NCBI GenBank assembly: GCA_017479185.1
Contig: JAFVCP010000024.1
Span: 1 to 50,820, forward strand
Direction: 5' to 3'
DNA: 50,820 nt
DNA from: Clostridia bacterium
GTDB taxonomy: Bacteria > Bacillota > Clostridia > Christensenellales > Borkfalkiaceae
In this document: positions 33,693 through 43,485 of the stretch, in pieces
Layout: every line of letters begins with the position of its first letter
Numbering within the stretch: the stretch's first letter is position 1
Position numbers and translations under genes: made by a program
The notes under the pieces: generated by a model
The model's database searches: none
Told to the model about the DNA's origin: nothing
What the model saw: only the letters and a program-made list of their open reading frames with translations

Positions 33693-35562
33693 ATACTATC
33701 CCCTTCTCATAGTCGGCGCGCTGATAGGCATTCTCGCCACCGCCTTTATCGTCGCTTATATGACGGTAAAAGGCAGAAAAGAAGCGTTCGGTTTTGAAAG
33801 AAATTTAAGCGACCGAGAATTGTTCAAACGCCTGCTCGTATACGCAAAGCCCCACTATAAGGCGTTTATCGTCGTCTTCGCGCTTATGCTCGTTTCGATA
33901 GCCTATCAAGTCGTTTCGCCCTATGTCGTAGGCGTTATCGAAGGTATAATAAAGACGCAATTCGAACTGTCGACGCTCTTTACGACCGTAATTATCTACG
34001 TCGGTATTTTGATCGTTTCCCTCGTGTGTTCTTATATAAATTCGATCATACTTCAAAAAACGGGGCAGAAAATAGTTTCGGAAATACGCTCCGACGCGTT
34101 TAAACATATCGAAAGCCTCTCGCAGGGACAACTCAATAAGATCCCCGTCGGAACGCTCGTAACGAGGGTAACGAACGACGCCGAAGCGATTTCGAGAATG
34201 TTTTCCAACGTTATCGTAAACTTTGTTAAGAACATATTCGTAATAATAGGCGTTCTTACGGCAATGTTTATACTCAACTACGAACTAACTCTTCTCGTTT
34301 TGTGTTTCGCGCCGTTTATCGCAACATTTACGTTGATATTCAGAAAGTTTTCAAGACTTGCCTTCCGAAAAGAAAAAGAATGCACTTCCGATATAAACGC
34401 CTTCCTTTCGGAAAACTTATCGGGAATAAAAATAACGAGAAATTTCGACAGGCTCGATCACAAAAACAAACAATTTCTCGAAAAAAACAAACGCTATAAA
34501 AAGGCGGTAATGAATACGATTTTCGTATTCAGCGTATTCCGTCCCGTAGTTTATATGCTTTACGTCGCGTCGGTTTTGTGCCTTTTCTTCGTCGGCGGAA
34601 AGGGGTATCTCGACGGGGCGACGTTATTCGGGAATACCATATCGAGCGAGATTATCGTTTCTTTCTATATGTATATTTCTGAATTTTTCGATCCCATACA
34701 AAACCTTGCCGAACAGTTTAACACTCTTCAATCGGCGCTCGCTTCTTCGGAAAAGATATTTACTATTATGGATATGAAACCCGAAATAGTCGACGAAGAA
34801 GGCGCGATCGAAGTCAAAGAGGTAAAAGGCGAAATAGAATTCAAGGACGTTTGGTTTGCCTACGACGACGAAAATTGGGTTTTAAAGGGCGTTTCGTTTA
34901 AAATCGCCCCCAACGAAACGGTTGCATTCGTCGGTCCGACAGGATCGGGGAAAACCACGATATTATCCTTACTTTGCCGAAATTACGAACCGCAAAAGGG
35001 GACCATTCTTCTTGACGGAAGGGATATAAAAACCATAAAGATCTCCTCTTTAAGAAGTCATTTCGGACAGATGCTTCAAGACGTTTTCCTTTTCGCGGGG
35101 ACGGTAAGAAGCAACCTTACTTTAAGAGATGAATTTACCGACGAGCAGATCTACGAGGCTTGCTCTTACGTCAACGCCGATTCTTTGATAAATAAACTTC
35201 CCAACGGTTTGGACGAAGAAGTCAAGGAAAGAAGCAACAACTTTTCTGCGGGAGAAAGACAACTCCTCTCTTTCGCGAGAATGATGCTTCATCGCCCCGA
35301 AGTGCTGATTTTAGACGAAGCGACGGCGAATATCGACACGGAAACCGAAGTCCTCATTCAGGACTCTCTGGAAAAACTTATGAAAGTAGGCACTCTTTTA
35401 ATGGTCGCGCACAGATTATCGACCATTCAGCATTCCGACAAAATAATTGTTCTTTCAAAGGGCGAGATCGCGGAACAGGGAAATCATTTCGAACTTTTGG
35501 AGAAAAAAGGAAAATACTACGATTTGTATTCTCTTCAATACGAAAAAGAAAAATTAAAATAA
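33685..35562 (+). CDS. ABC exporter, fused permease/ATPase (heterodimer subunit 2)
   Basis: 625 aa with a TMD plus an NBD (GPTGSGKTT, FSAGERQL, VLILDEAT). It overlaps the upstream gene by 8 nt. Confidence 0.9.
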   Translation: MYEYYPLLIVGALIGILATAFIVAYMTVKGRKEAFGFERNLSDRELFKRLLVYAKPHYKAFIVVFALMLVSIAYQVVSPYVVGVIEGIIKTQFELSTLFTTVIIYVGILIVSLVCSYINSIILQKTGQKIVSEIRSDAFKHIESLSQGQLNKIPVGTLVTRVTNDAEAISRMFSNVIVNFVKNIFVIIGVLTAMFILNYELTLLVLCFAPFIATFTLIFRKFSRLAFRKEKECTSDINAFLSENLSGIKITRNFDRLDHKNKQFLEKNKRYKKAVMNTIFVFSVFRPVVYMLYVASVLCLFFVGGKGYLDGATLFGNTISSEIIVSFYMYISEFFDPIQNLAEQFNTLQSALASSEKIFTIMDMKPEIVDEEGAIEVKEVKGEIEFKDVWFAYDDENWVLKGVSFKIAPNETVAFVGPTGSGKTTILSLLCRNYEPQKGTILLDGRDIKTIKISSLRSHFGQMLQDVFLFAGTVRSNLTLRDEFTDEQIYEACSYVNADSLINKLPNGLDEEVKERSNNFSAGERQLLSFARMMLHRPEVLILDEATANIDTETEVLIQDSLEKLMKVGTLLMVAHRLSTIQHSDKIIVLSKGEIAEQGNHFELLEKKGKYYDLYSLQYEKEKLK

Positions 35563-35566
35563 CAAA

Positions 35567-35609
35567 GCAAACTAAAAGCGGGATCGCATCGATCCCGCTT
35601 TTAGTTTGC
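35567..35609. terminator. bidirectional terminator (20-bp stem)
   Basis: GCAAACTAAAAGCGGGATCG-cat-CGATCCCGCTTTTAGTTTGC, between convergent genes. Confidence 0.85.
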
Positions 35610-35618
35610 GATATAAAA

Positions 35619-36473
35619 TCACTTCTTGCCTACCGTTTTTATTATTATAGATATTATTCCGCACAAAATTCCGCTGACGGGGAAAATTACCCAACCGGGA
35701 TGCCACTTGCCCCAAATAAAACCGATGAGAAGATAAACGGCTGTCGCAGTCATCATAATTATTCCGCTTATATTGTCCTCTTTAACGCTCGTCTTTTTTT
35801 CGGGTTTGAATTTTGACAATCTCATACCCGAATATACAATCATCGAAACGGAGATCGCGATAAGAAGAAACATTACCCCGACGGACACGACTTCGGGAAG
35901 ACCGAAAGCGATACAAAAAATAAGGCTTGCGACCGCGAATATGGTTCCACCGATACTTAATGATAAAACAAGCGAATATTTATTCGCGAAGTTTTTCTCC
36001 TCGTCGTCCGCGCGACAAATAATTTCTTTGGATAAGCCGGCGTAAACCATTAAGACGACGCCAACGGCAATCAACGCGAGCATAACCGAAGCCCCGATTT
36101 CCCACGCTTTATCGTCCCCGCCCAAGGCGTATCCGAAAACGAGTTGAGCGAATACCCCAAGCAGAACGGAAAATACGCCCAGCGCCGTCCAAAGGCTATT
36201 TTTACCGCTGCTATGAACTTCGGTTTTACCCTCGCTTTCATCGTGTTTGTCTTCTTCTGCGCTTTGGTTTGAAAAACGACCTGCCAAAAGATCGTCTACG
36301 CTACATCCGAGCAACCTCGAAAGAGGAAGCAGTTGAGCGGTTTCCGGAAAACTTTCGCCCGACTCCCATTTGGAAACCGCTTTGTTGCTTATACCGAGTT
36401 CGTCGGCAATGTTTTGTTGAGTAAGCCCCAATTCTTTTCTGCGTTTAAATAAAAATTCTGCAAAATCGTTCAT
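35619..36473 (-). CDS. XRE-family HTH protein fused to a multi-TM domain
   Basis: N-terminal HTH (LTQQNIADELGISNKAVSKWESG) and a C-terminal part with about 6 TM helices. Confidence 0.8.
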   Translation of the reverse strand: MNDFAEFLFKRRKELGLTQQNIADELGISNKAVSKWESGESFPETAQLLPLSRLLGCSVDDLLAGRFSNQSAEEDKHDESEGKTEVHSSGKNSLWTALGVFSVLLGVFAQLVFGYALGGDDKAWEIGASVMLALIAVGVVLMVYAGLSKEIICRADDEEKNFANKYSLVLSLSIGGTIFAVASLIFCIAFGLPEVVSVGVMFLLIAISVSMIVYSGMRLSKFKPEKKTSVKEDNISGIIMMTATAVYLLIGFIWGKWHPGWVIFPVSGILCGIISIIIKTVGKK

Positions 36474-36501
36474 AAAAAATCACGTTCCTGTTTTTTATCA
36501 C

Positions 36502-36530
36502 ATTTTATCACTTTTGATTTTTTTTGTAAA
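36502..36530 (-). promoter_or_regulatory. candidate promoter of the HTH-membrane gene
   Basis: On the minus strand: TTTACA (36525-36530), a 17-nt spacer, then TGaTAAAAT (36502-36510). Confidence 0.45.
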
Positions 36531-36582
36531 GAACTTATGGTAGAACGGAGAAAAACTTTGTCTACTTACGGTTCAATATTGA

Positions 36583-36608
36583 AAAAACCGCCTTATAGGG
36601 CGGTTTTT
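36583..36608 (-). terminator. terminator downstream of the aminotransferase gene
   Basis: AAAAACCGCC-TTATAG-GGCGGTTTTT, with A/T runs on both sides. Confidence 0.7.
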
Positions 36609-36697
36609 ATAAAACAAGATCGAACACGTTAAAGCGGCTTGTTTCGGCGTATTCCGGCGAATTTCCATTTTCCGTTTTTGTATACGCCTTCATTCGG

Positions 36698-37903
36698 CTA
36701 TCTTCTGTTTTTAATATAATCGGCGATATCTATCATCGCCTTTTTAAGTCTGTCGGGATCGGGCAACATTACCACCCTGAAATGATAGGCGTCTTTTTTA
36801 TATTCGAATCCCGAACCGGGAACGATAAGTATTTTCTTTTCCTTCAAAAGTCCCATACCGAACTCGAAGTCGTCGGTTATCTCGCCGTACTTTTCATTTA
36901 CGCGAGGAAATATGTAGAAAGCCGCGTCGTTTTGAGTATACGAAAGCGCGTCGGTATCGCTTACGGCGTCGGCGACGGCTTTTCTCTGTTCGTAGAGCCT
37001 TCCGCCGGGTTGAAGCATTTTTTTAGTGCTTTCTTCGTCTTTTAACGCCGCGGGGATCGCGACCTGCGTTAAAACGTTTCCGCAAAGCCTTACGGCGCTT
37101 ATACGAAACATAGCCTCTTTTATCTGCTCTCTTTCGCCCGATTTCGACGAAACCACAAGCCAACCGCATCTGTACCCGCAAATAATATGACTTTTGGAAA
37201 GCCCGTTAAAGGTAAAAACGGTAAGATCGGGAGCGAGCGCGGCGCAAGAATAATGTTCTTTGCCGTAAACAAGTCTGTCGTATATTTCGTCCGAAAATAC
37301 CACGAGCGAATTTCTCCTCGCGACTTCGAGTATATCAAGTAAAAGTTGTTTGGAATATACGGCTCCGGTAGGATTGTTGGGGTTTATGATAACGATAGCC
37401 TTGGTCTTCGGCGTTATTTTACTTTCTATGTCTTTGACGTCGGGCATCCAACCGTTTTCTTCGACGAGAGTATAGTGAACCGGAATGCCCCCTGCTATGT
37501 AAATACCGTTGCTCCAAAGCGAATAATTGGGCGAAGGAACTAAAACTTCGTCGCCGGGATTTATAAGCGAAAGACAAGCGAGTTCGCTCATCTCGCTCAC
37601 CCCGTTTCCCACAAAGACGTCGCTCTCGTCTATATCTTTAATACCTTTTTTCGTTTCGTATTCCGCGATCGCGATACGCGCCGACCTCATCCCTTGAGGT
37701 TCGCAATAACCGACGGCTGTTTCCAACCCGTTTTTAACCGCGTTTCTTACGCTATCTGGCATAGTAAAACCGAAATTTGCGGGATTGCCTGTATTCAGCC
37801 TTAAAACTTGCTCTCCGCGAGCCTCCATTTTAGTCGCTTCGGCATACAAGGAACCCCTTATTCCCGATTTAACGTAATTCATTCTGTCAGCAAATTTTAT
37901 CAT
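36698..37903 (-). CDS. class I/II PLP-dependent aminotransferase (AlaA-like)
   Basis: 401 aa with NPNNPTG, SDEIYD and the LSKS...GYR PLP-lysine region. Confidence 0.85.
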   Translation of the reverse strand: MIKFADRMNYVKSGIRGSLYAEATKMEARGEQVLRLNTGNPANFGFTMPDSVRNAVKNGLETAVGYCEPQGMRSARIAIAEYETKKGIKDIDESDVFVGNGVSEMSELACLSLINPGDEVLVPSPNYSLWSNGIYIAGGIPVHYTLVEENGWMPDVKDIESKITPKTKAIVIINPNNPTGAVYSKQLLLDILEVARRNSLVVFSDEIYDRLVYGKEHYSCAALAPDLTVFTFNGLSKSHIICGYRCGWLVVSSKSGEREQIKEAMFRISAVRLCGNVLTQVAIPAALKDEESTKKMLQPGGRLYEQRKAVADAVSDTDALSYTQNDAAFYIFPRVNEKYGEITDDFEFGMGLLKEKKILIVPGSGFEYKKDAYHFRVVMLPDPDRLKKAMIDIADYIKNRR

Positions 37904-37975
37904 TGTTTTTCTTTCCTTAATAATATTCGTTCCGCCGTTTCGGCGGAACGGATCTTTATGTCTTTTCTTTTAGTT

Positions 37976-38758
37976 TTAGGTTAATTCAATGCACACCGGA
38001 TAATGGTCGGATAAATATATTCCGTCTTTCTCGTCTTTCCAGGTTTCCGCTTTTTCCATCCTGCTTTCAAGAGCGCGGGAAATAAAGACGTAGTCTATCT
38101 TGACGAACTCTTTTTCTCCGTTATTGTTTTTCCTTTGTCCGAAGGCGTGGAAGGTTTCCTTAATATTTTCCGTCGCTTCGAAAAGCCAGGATTTTCCGCG
38201 GGCAAACTCTACCGTCGGACTGTTTTCAAAAGAGTTGAAATCTCCCATAATAACGGTGTTATCTTTATCTATACAACCTTCGCGTTCGTCGATATAATCG
38301 AAAACACAATTCAGACCATTATATGCGGCGGAAGAAGAAATATGATCGAGATGAAGATCGAAAAAATTAAAAACACGCTTACTTTTTTTATCGACGAGTT
38401 TTGCGTATACGCAGATCCTCGGACAATCGCTTTGGTCTTTAAATCTCGAACCCGCGACATAAGGCGTTGGACTCATCCAAAAAACTTCTCCGCCCGTAAA
38501 AATAAATTCATCTTTCAAAAAAGCCAAATAAAGACCTTCTCCGTCGTAGTTTTCCGAACGCATACCGCCGAAAAATTCGTATTCGGGCAACATTCTTTTC
38601 AAGAGTTGCAATGAATTAGACGTCATTTCCTGAAAACCAATAAGAGCGGGCTTTTCGCTCGTGATCTTGTCGTATATAAAACCCGCGCGATGAATAAAAT
38701 CGTTAATCCCGTCTCCGTTTTTCCAAACGCAACGCAAATTCCAAGATATTATTTTCAT
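37976..38758 (-). CDS. endonuclease/exonuclease/phosphatase (EEP) family protein
   Basis: 260 aa. It begins MKIISWNLR, has GFQE and GDFN, and ends with the SDHYPV motif. Confidence 0.8.
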   Translation of the reverse strand: MKIISWNLRCVWKNGDGINDFIHRAGFIYDKITSEKPALIGFQEMTSNSLQLLKRMLPEYEFFGGMRSENYDGEGLYLAFLKDEFIFTGGEVFWMSPTPYVAGSRFKDQSDCPRICVYAKLVDKKSKRVFNFFDLHLDHISSSAAYNGLNCVFDYIDEREGCIDKDNTVIMGDFNSFENSPTVEFARGKSWLFEATENIKETFHAFGQRKNNNGEKEFVKIDYVFISRALESRMEKAETWKDEKDGIYLSDHYPVCIELT

Positions 38759-38793
38759 AAAAATTCCTCGTCCTGCCTTCCCTCAATACGCGT

Positions 38794-41481
38794 TTATCTT
38801 CCGTGGCAATTCTTATATTTCTTTCCGCTTCCGCACGGACAGGGGTCATTTCTTCCGACCGTCGTTACTTTTACTATCGGTCCGTTCCTCGTTTCACTGC
38901 TTCCGCCGTTTTCCACGAGTTCTTCTTTCTTCTCTTGTTTGGGCGGTTCGTTTTTCTTTATCTCCGATTTAAGAAGTATAAAAGTTACGTCTTCCTGAAT
39001 GCTTGCGGTCATTTCTTCAAACATTTCAAGACCCTCTTTCTTATACGCTATTACGGGATCTTCGTTGGCGTATCCGCGAAGCGAGATCCCCCTCTTTAAT
39101 TTATCCATAGCGTCGATATGGTCTATCCATTTATTGTCGACCGTCTGCAAAAACACAAATCTTTCGAAATTGTGATAATCGATCCCTTCTTCGGCGTACC
39201 TGTTTATCTTCTCTTCATAACATTCGATAACTTTATCTATGGTTTGTTTTACGATATATTCGTAATCCCAATTATTGAGTACACCGTCGGTAATAAACTC
39301 GGTTTCGGGAGGCAAAGCCCTGTCTTCGAGCGCCTTGTTGAGTTTGTCTTTATCCCAACTCGAAGGCTCCTGATTTTTATTGACGTTGGCGTTTATGATA
39401 TCGGTAACGAAATCGGGAATGAGATTCAAAACGTCCTGATGAACGTTATCGCCGCGAAGGACTTTCATTCTCTCTTCGTAAATTACCTGTCTTTGCGTGT
39501 TCATAACGTCGTCGTATTGAATTATATGCTTTCTTATGCCGAAGTTCTTTCCTTCGATGGTTCTCTGCGCGTTTTCGATCGAACGGGAAAGCATCTTCGA
39601 TTGAAGAGGGGTATCCTCGTCGACTTTAAAGGCGTTGTATATTCCCTGCAATCTCTCTCCGCCGAATCTCTTGGCAAGATCGTCCTCGAGGGAAATGAAG
39701 AACAAAGAAGAACCGGGATCGCCCTGACGACCGGAACGCCCTCTCAACTGATTGTCGATACGCCTCGATTCGTGCCTTTCGGTTCCAACTATATGAAGTC
39801 CGCCGAGCGCGACGACTTCTTCTTTTTCTTTATCGGTAACCTGTTCGTGTTTTTCAAACAAGTATTTATATCTTTCTCTGACGTCTTTTACCTCGTCGGA
39901 TACGTTTTGGACGTAAGAGGTCGCAATATCTATGATCTCTTCGGAAACTCCTTCGTTTCTCAGATCCTGTTTCGCAAGATATTCGGGGTTTCCGCCGAGC
40001 AGAATATCGGTTCCGCGCCCTGCCATATTGGTGGCGATGGTAACAGCGCCTTTCTTGCCCGCTTGCGCTATTATTTCGGCTTCTCTTTTATGGTTTTTGG
40101 CGTTGAGAATGTTGTGTTTTATTTTGTTTTTTAAAAGCCATCTGGATATTTCTTCCGACTTTTCGACGGTAACCGTACCGACGAGTACGGGCTGACCTTT
40201 ATCGTGCCTTTCGATTATCTCCCTGATTATTGCGCGAAGTTTACCCGCTTCGGTCCTGAAAATAACGTCCGGCATATCTATCCTTTGAACGGGTTTATTG
40301 GTCGGTATCTCCAAAACGTCAAGTCCGTAAATGGTTCTGAATTCTTCCTCTTCGGTCTTTGCCGTTCCCGTCATACCCGACAATTTTGAATACAGTCTGA
40401 AATAGTTCTGGAAAGTAATAGTCGCGTAAGTTTTGTTTTCGTTTCTTACCGTTACGTTTTCCTTCGCTTCTATCGCCTGATGAAGCCCTTCGGAATATCT
40501 TCTTCCTATCATAAGACGACCGGTAAATTCGTCGACGATGACGATCTCTCCGTCGCTGACGATATAGTCGCTGTCCCTCTTGAAGATATGGTGGGCTTTG
40601 AGCGCTTGTTGGATATGGTGGTTGAGTTCGGCGTTTTCAACGTCGGCAAGATTTTCTATCTTGAAAAATCTCTCCGCTTTTTCTGCGCCCTGCTCGGTTA
40701 TCTGAACCGACTTGTCCTTGATGTCGACCGTAAAATCTTCGTCCTTTATCAAAGTCTTTACAAATCTGTTACAGTCGAGGTAGAGCGTGGAAGATTTTTC
40801 TCCTTTACCCGATATTATAAGGGGCGTCCTCGCCTCGTCGATCAAGATGGAGTCCACTTCGTCGACTATCGCGAAATTAAGCCCTCTTTGCACCATATCG
40901 GACATTCTCTTTTTAAGGTTATCCCTCAAATAATCGAAACCAAACTCGTTATTGGTCCCGTAAGTTATATCGCAGTTGTACGCCTCTCTTTTTTGATCGT
41001 CGGTAAGGTCGTGAACGTTTACGCCGACGGTAAGCCCTAAAAATCTGTAAACCTTTCCCATCCATTCGGCGTCTCTTTTGGCGAGATAATCGTTTACCGT
41101 AACAATATGGACGCCTTTCCCCGACAACGCGTTAAGATAAGCGGGAAGGGTCGCCATAAGCGTTTTACCTTCGCCTGTTTTAAGTTCCGCGACTCTTCCC
41201 TGATGAACGCAGATACCGCCCATAAGTTGAACGATATAATGACGCATATTCAAGACCCTGTAAGCCGCTTCTCTTACTACTGCGAAAGCCTCGAACATAA
41301 TATCGTCGAGCGTTTCGCCTTTCGTCAATCTTTCTTTTAAAAGGACGGTTTGGTTTTTAAGTTCCTCGTCCGTCATTTTTTCATATTTGGGTGAAAGAGC
41401 GGCTATCTTTTCCGCTTGCCCCCTTATTCTTTTAAGACTTATTCTCGAGTCGGTACTCAAAATATATCTTATAAGCCCCAT
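38794..41481 (-). CDS. secA: preprotein translocase ATPase SecA
   Basis: 895 aa with DEAD-like motor motifs (MKTGEGKTL, DEVDSILIDEARTPLIISG) and a C-terminal zinc finger CPCGSGKKYKNCHG. Confidence 0.97.
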   Translation of the reverse strand: MGLIRYILSTDSRISLKRIRGQAEKIAALSPKYEKMTDEELKNQTVLLKERLTKGETLDDIMFEAFAVVREAAYRVLNMRHYIVQLMGGICVHQGRVAELKTGEGKTLMATLPAYLNALSGKGVHIVTVNDYLAKRDAEWMGKVYRFLGLTVGVNVHDLTDDQKREAYNCDITYGTNNEFGFDYLRDNLKKRMSDMVQRGLNFAIVDEVDSILIDEARTPLIISGKGEKSSTLYLDCNRFVKTLIKDEDFTVDIKDKSVQITEQGAEKAERFFKIENLADVENAELNHHIQQALKAHHIFKRDSDYIVSDGEIVIVDEFTGRLMIGRRYSEGLHQAIEAKENVTVRNENKTYATITFQNYFRLYSKLSGMTGTAKTEEEEFRTIYGLDVLEIPTNKPVQRIDMPDVIFRTEAGKLRAIIREIIERHDKGQPVLVGTVTVEKSEEISRWLLKNKIKHNILNAKNHKREAEIIAQAGKKGAVTIATNMAGRGTDILLGGNPEYLAKQDLRNEGVSEEIIDIATSYVQNVSDEVKDVRERYKYLFEKHEQVTDKEKEEVVALGGLHIVGTERHESRRIDNQLRGRSGRQGDPGSSLFFISLEDDLAKRFGGERLQGIYNAFKVDEDTPLQSKMLSRSIENAQRTIEGKNFGIRKHIIQYDDVMNTQRQVIYEERMKVLRGDNVHQDVLNLIPDFVTDIINANVNKNQEPSSWDKDKLNKALEDRALPPETEFITDGVLNNWDYEYIVKQTIDKVIECYEEKINRYAEEGIDYHNFERFVFLQTVDNKWIDHIDAMDKLKRGISLRGYANEDPVIAYKKEGLEMFEEMTASIQEDVTFILLKSEIKKNEPPKQEKKEELVENGGSSETRNGPIVKVTTVGRNDPCPCGSGKKYKNCHGR

Positions 41482-41576
41482 TTGATAGAATTCCTCCGTA
41501 AATTTGCCTGTATAAATAATATTTTACTATATTTAAACCTTTTTTACAATCGTTTTAAGTGATATTTAGGTAAAAT

Positions 41577-42347
41577 TTACTTGAAAACGCTTTTCTCTTT
41601 CTCGCCGACGACGCCGTCGGGCGTTTTTATTCGCTCTTTCCTGCCCGCGCTCGCTATCGTGAGAAGATAAACTTCTTCCGCGCCGTGTTTCTTCAAAATT
41701 TTCGCGATATAATTGGAAGTCGCTCCCGTCGTAAGGACGTCGTCGATCAAAAGCGCCGTCTTACCTTTTATCTTATTCCCGTTTTTAACCGAAAAACTAC
41801 CCGCAAGATTGATCATTCTTTCCCGCGCGTTCAAACCCACCTGACGCTCCGTTTCTTTGCTTTTATACACGACGTCGGAATAAAGCGGTATCCCCGTCTT
41901 TTCCGAAACGCCCTTCGCGAGCAATTCGCTCTGATTAAATCCCCTGTCTTTCATTCTCTCTTTTGAGATCGGAACGGGGATAACGCAATCGCAAGCGGGA
42001 AGATCTTTCATATAAAGAGGGTAAAGATAATCCGCGAAAAACTCGCCCAAAAATCTGCCGTTATCGTATTTAAATCTGTGTATTGCGTAACTTACCGGTT
42101 TATCGTAGTTAAAAGCGCTCCTCGCTTTATCCACAAACCATTCTCTTCCCGAACAACTTTCGCACGCTTCGGTCGCGATCGGAGTTTTTCTTCCGCATCT
42201 GAAACAACAAAATCCGTCGTTATACGGTAAACTATTCTTGCAATCTTCGCATACGGCGACATCTCCGAAAACCTCTCTACCGCAAAAATTGCAAGTCAAC
42301 TTCCTCGGGAAAAAGGTATCGACGAAGAACTTTTTAAACTTTATCAT
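41577..42347 (-). CDS. comFC: ComF-family protein (ComFC-like phosphoribosyltransferase fold)
   Basis: N-terminal Cys-rich zinc region and PRTase motif LLIDDVLTTGAT. Start taken at MIKFKKFF; the ORF track extends to 42395. Confidence 0.8.
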   Translation of the reverse strand: MIKFKKFFVDTFFPRKLTCNFCGREVFGDVAVCEDCKNSLPYNDGFCCFRCGRKTPIATEACESCSGREWFVDKARSAFNYDKPVSYAIHRFKYDNGRFLGEFFADYLYPLYMKDLPACDCVIPVPISKERMKDRGFNQSELLAKGVSEKTGIPLYSDVVYKSKETERQVGLNARERMINLAGSFSVKNGNKIKGKTALLIDDVLTTGATSNYIAKILKKHGAEEVYLLTIASAGRKERIKTPDGVVGEKEKSVFK

Positions 42348-42410
42348 AGCCGTTTTCCGCCTTATAGCCCGACTTTTAAATAACCACCGTCGCAAAACGG
42401 TGGTTTATAT

Positions 42411-43427
42411 TTAATCGGAATATCCGTCGGGATTGTTTTTTTGCCATCTCAAAGCGTCGGCGCACATATCTTCGAGCGTTTTTTCAGCCTTAAACCCTAT
42501 GAGTTCGTAAGCAAGCGTAGGATCCGCGTAACATTCGGGAATATCTCCGGGACGTCTGGGGTCTATGACGTAAGGAACCGGTTTTCCGTTGGCTTTTGAA
42601 AACGCGTTTATCATTTCCATAACGCTATACCCCTTGCCCGTACCGAGGTTTACTATAAACAATCCCGGAGCGGTAAGAAGTTTATTTACGGCGAGAACGT
42701 GTCCTTTTGCAAGGTCTACGACGTGAATATAGTCGCGAACGCCCGTTCCGTCTTTCGTGGGATAATCGTTGCCGAAAACGTGTACTTCCTTCAATTTTCC
42801 CACGCAAACTTTGGTTATGTAAGGACAAAGGTTGTTGGGTATGCCGTTGGGGTCTTCGCCGATCGTTCCCGACTCGTGCGCCCCGATGGGATTGAAATAA
42901 CGCAAAACGGCGATATTGAAAGAAGGATCGGCTTTCGCGAGATCTTTTAAAATATATTCGATAAATAATTTGGTGCTTCCGTAAGGATTGGTCGTCGACA
43001 ACGGGAAATCCTCGGTTATGGGAACGGTATGCGGGTTTCCGTAGACCGTGGCGGACGAAGAAAAGACGAGGTTTTTACACCCGAATTCCCTCATAACGTC
43101 TATGAGCGCGAGCATTCCGCCTATATTGTTTTCATAATACTCTATGGGTTTTCTGACCGATTCTCCGACAGCCTTATAGCCCGCGAAATTTATTACCGCG
43201 TCAATGGCGTTTTCTTTGAAAACCCCGCGCATAGCGTCTTTATCGCAAATATCGGCGATATAGAACTTGAGTTTTTTACCCACTATCTTTTCAACTCTTC
43301 TTACCGCCGTTTCCTTGCTGTTATAGAGGTTGTCGACGATGACCACTTCGTATCCCGCTTTCACGAGTTCGACGGTCGTATGGCTTCCGATATATCCTGC
43401 TCCGCCTGTTACCAAAACTGTTTTCAT
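42411..43427 (-). CDS. galE: UDP-glucose 4-epimerase
   Basis: VTGGAGYIGSH and YGSTK (YxxxK). Start at MKTVLVTGG, with AAGGAG 10 nt upstream. Confidence 0.9.
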   Translation of the reverse strand: MKTVLVTGGAGYIGSHTTVELVKAGYEVVIVDNLYNSKETAVRRVEKIVGKKLKFYIADICDKDAMRGVFKENAIDAVINFAGYKAVGESVRKPIEYYENNIGGMLALIDVMREFGCKNLVFSSSATVYGNPHTVPITEDFPLSTTNPYGSTKLFIEYILKDLAKADPSFNIAVLRYFNPIGAHESGTIGEDPNGIPNNLCPYITKVCVGKLKEVHVFGNDYPTKDGTGVRDYIHVVDLAKGHVLAVNKLLTAPGLFIVNLGTGKGYSVMEMINAFSKANGKPVPYVIDPRRPGDIPECYADPTLAYELIGFKAEKTLEDMCADALRWQKNNPDGYSD

Positions 43428-43485
43428 ATATATAATACTCCTTTTCAAATTTGAAATTTGATCTTTTTATTTGCTTTATACTTTT

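Noticed and set aside
36610-36697. 27-codon ORF (MKAYTKTENGNSPEYAETSRFNVFDLVL) directly after the aminotransferase stop
   Set aside because: It has no SD and no recognisable peptide family, and it lies in the 3' UTR before the terminator. It is most likely a chance ORF.
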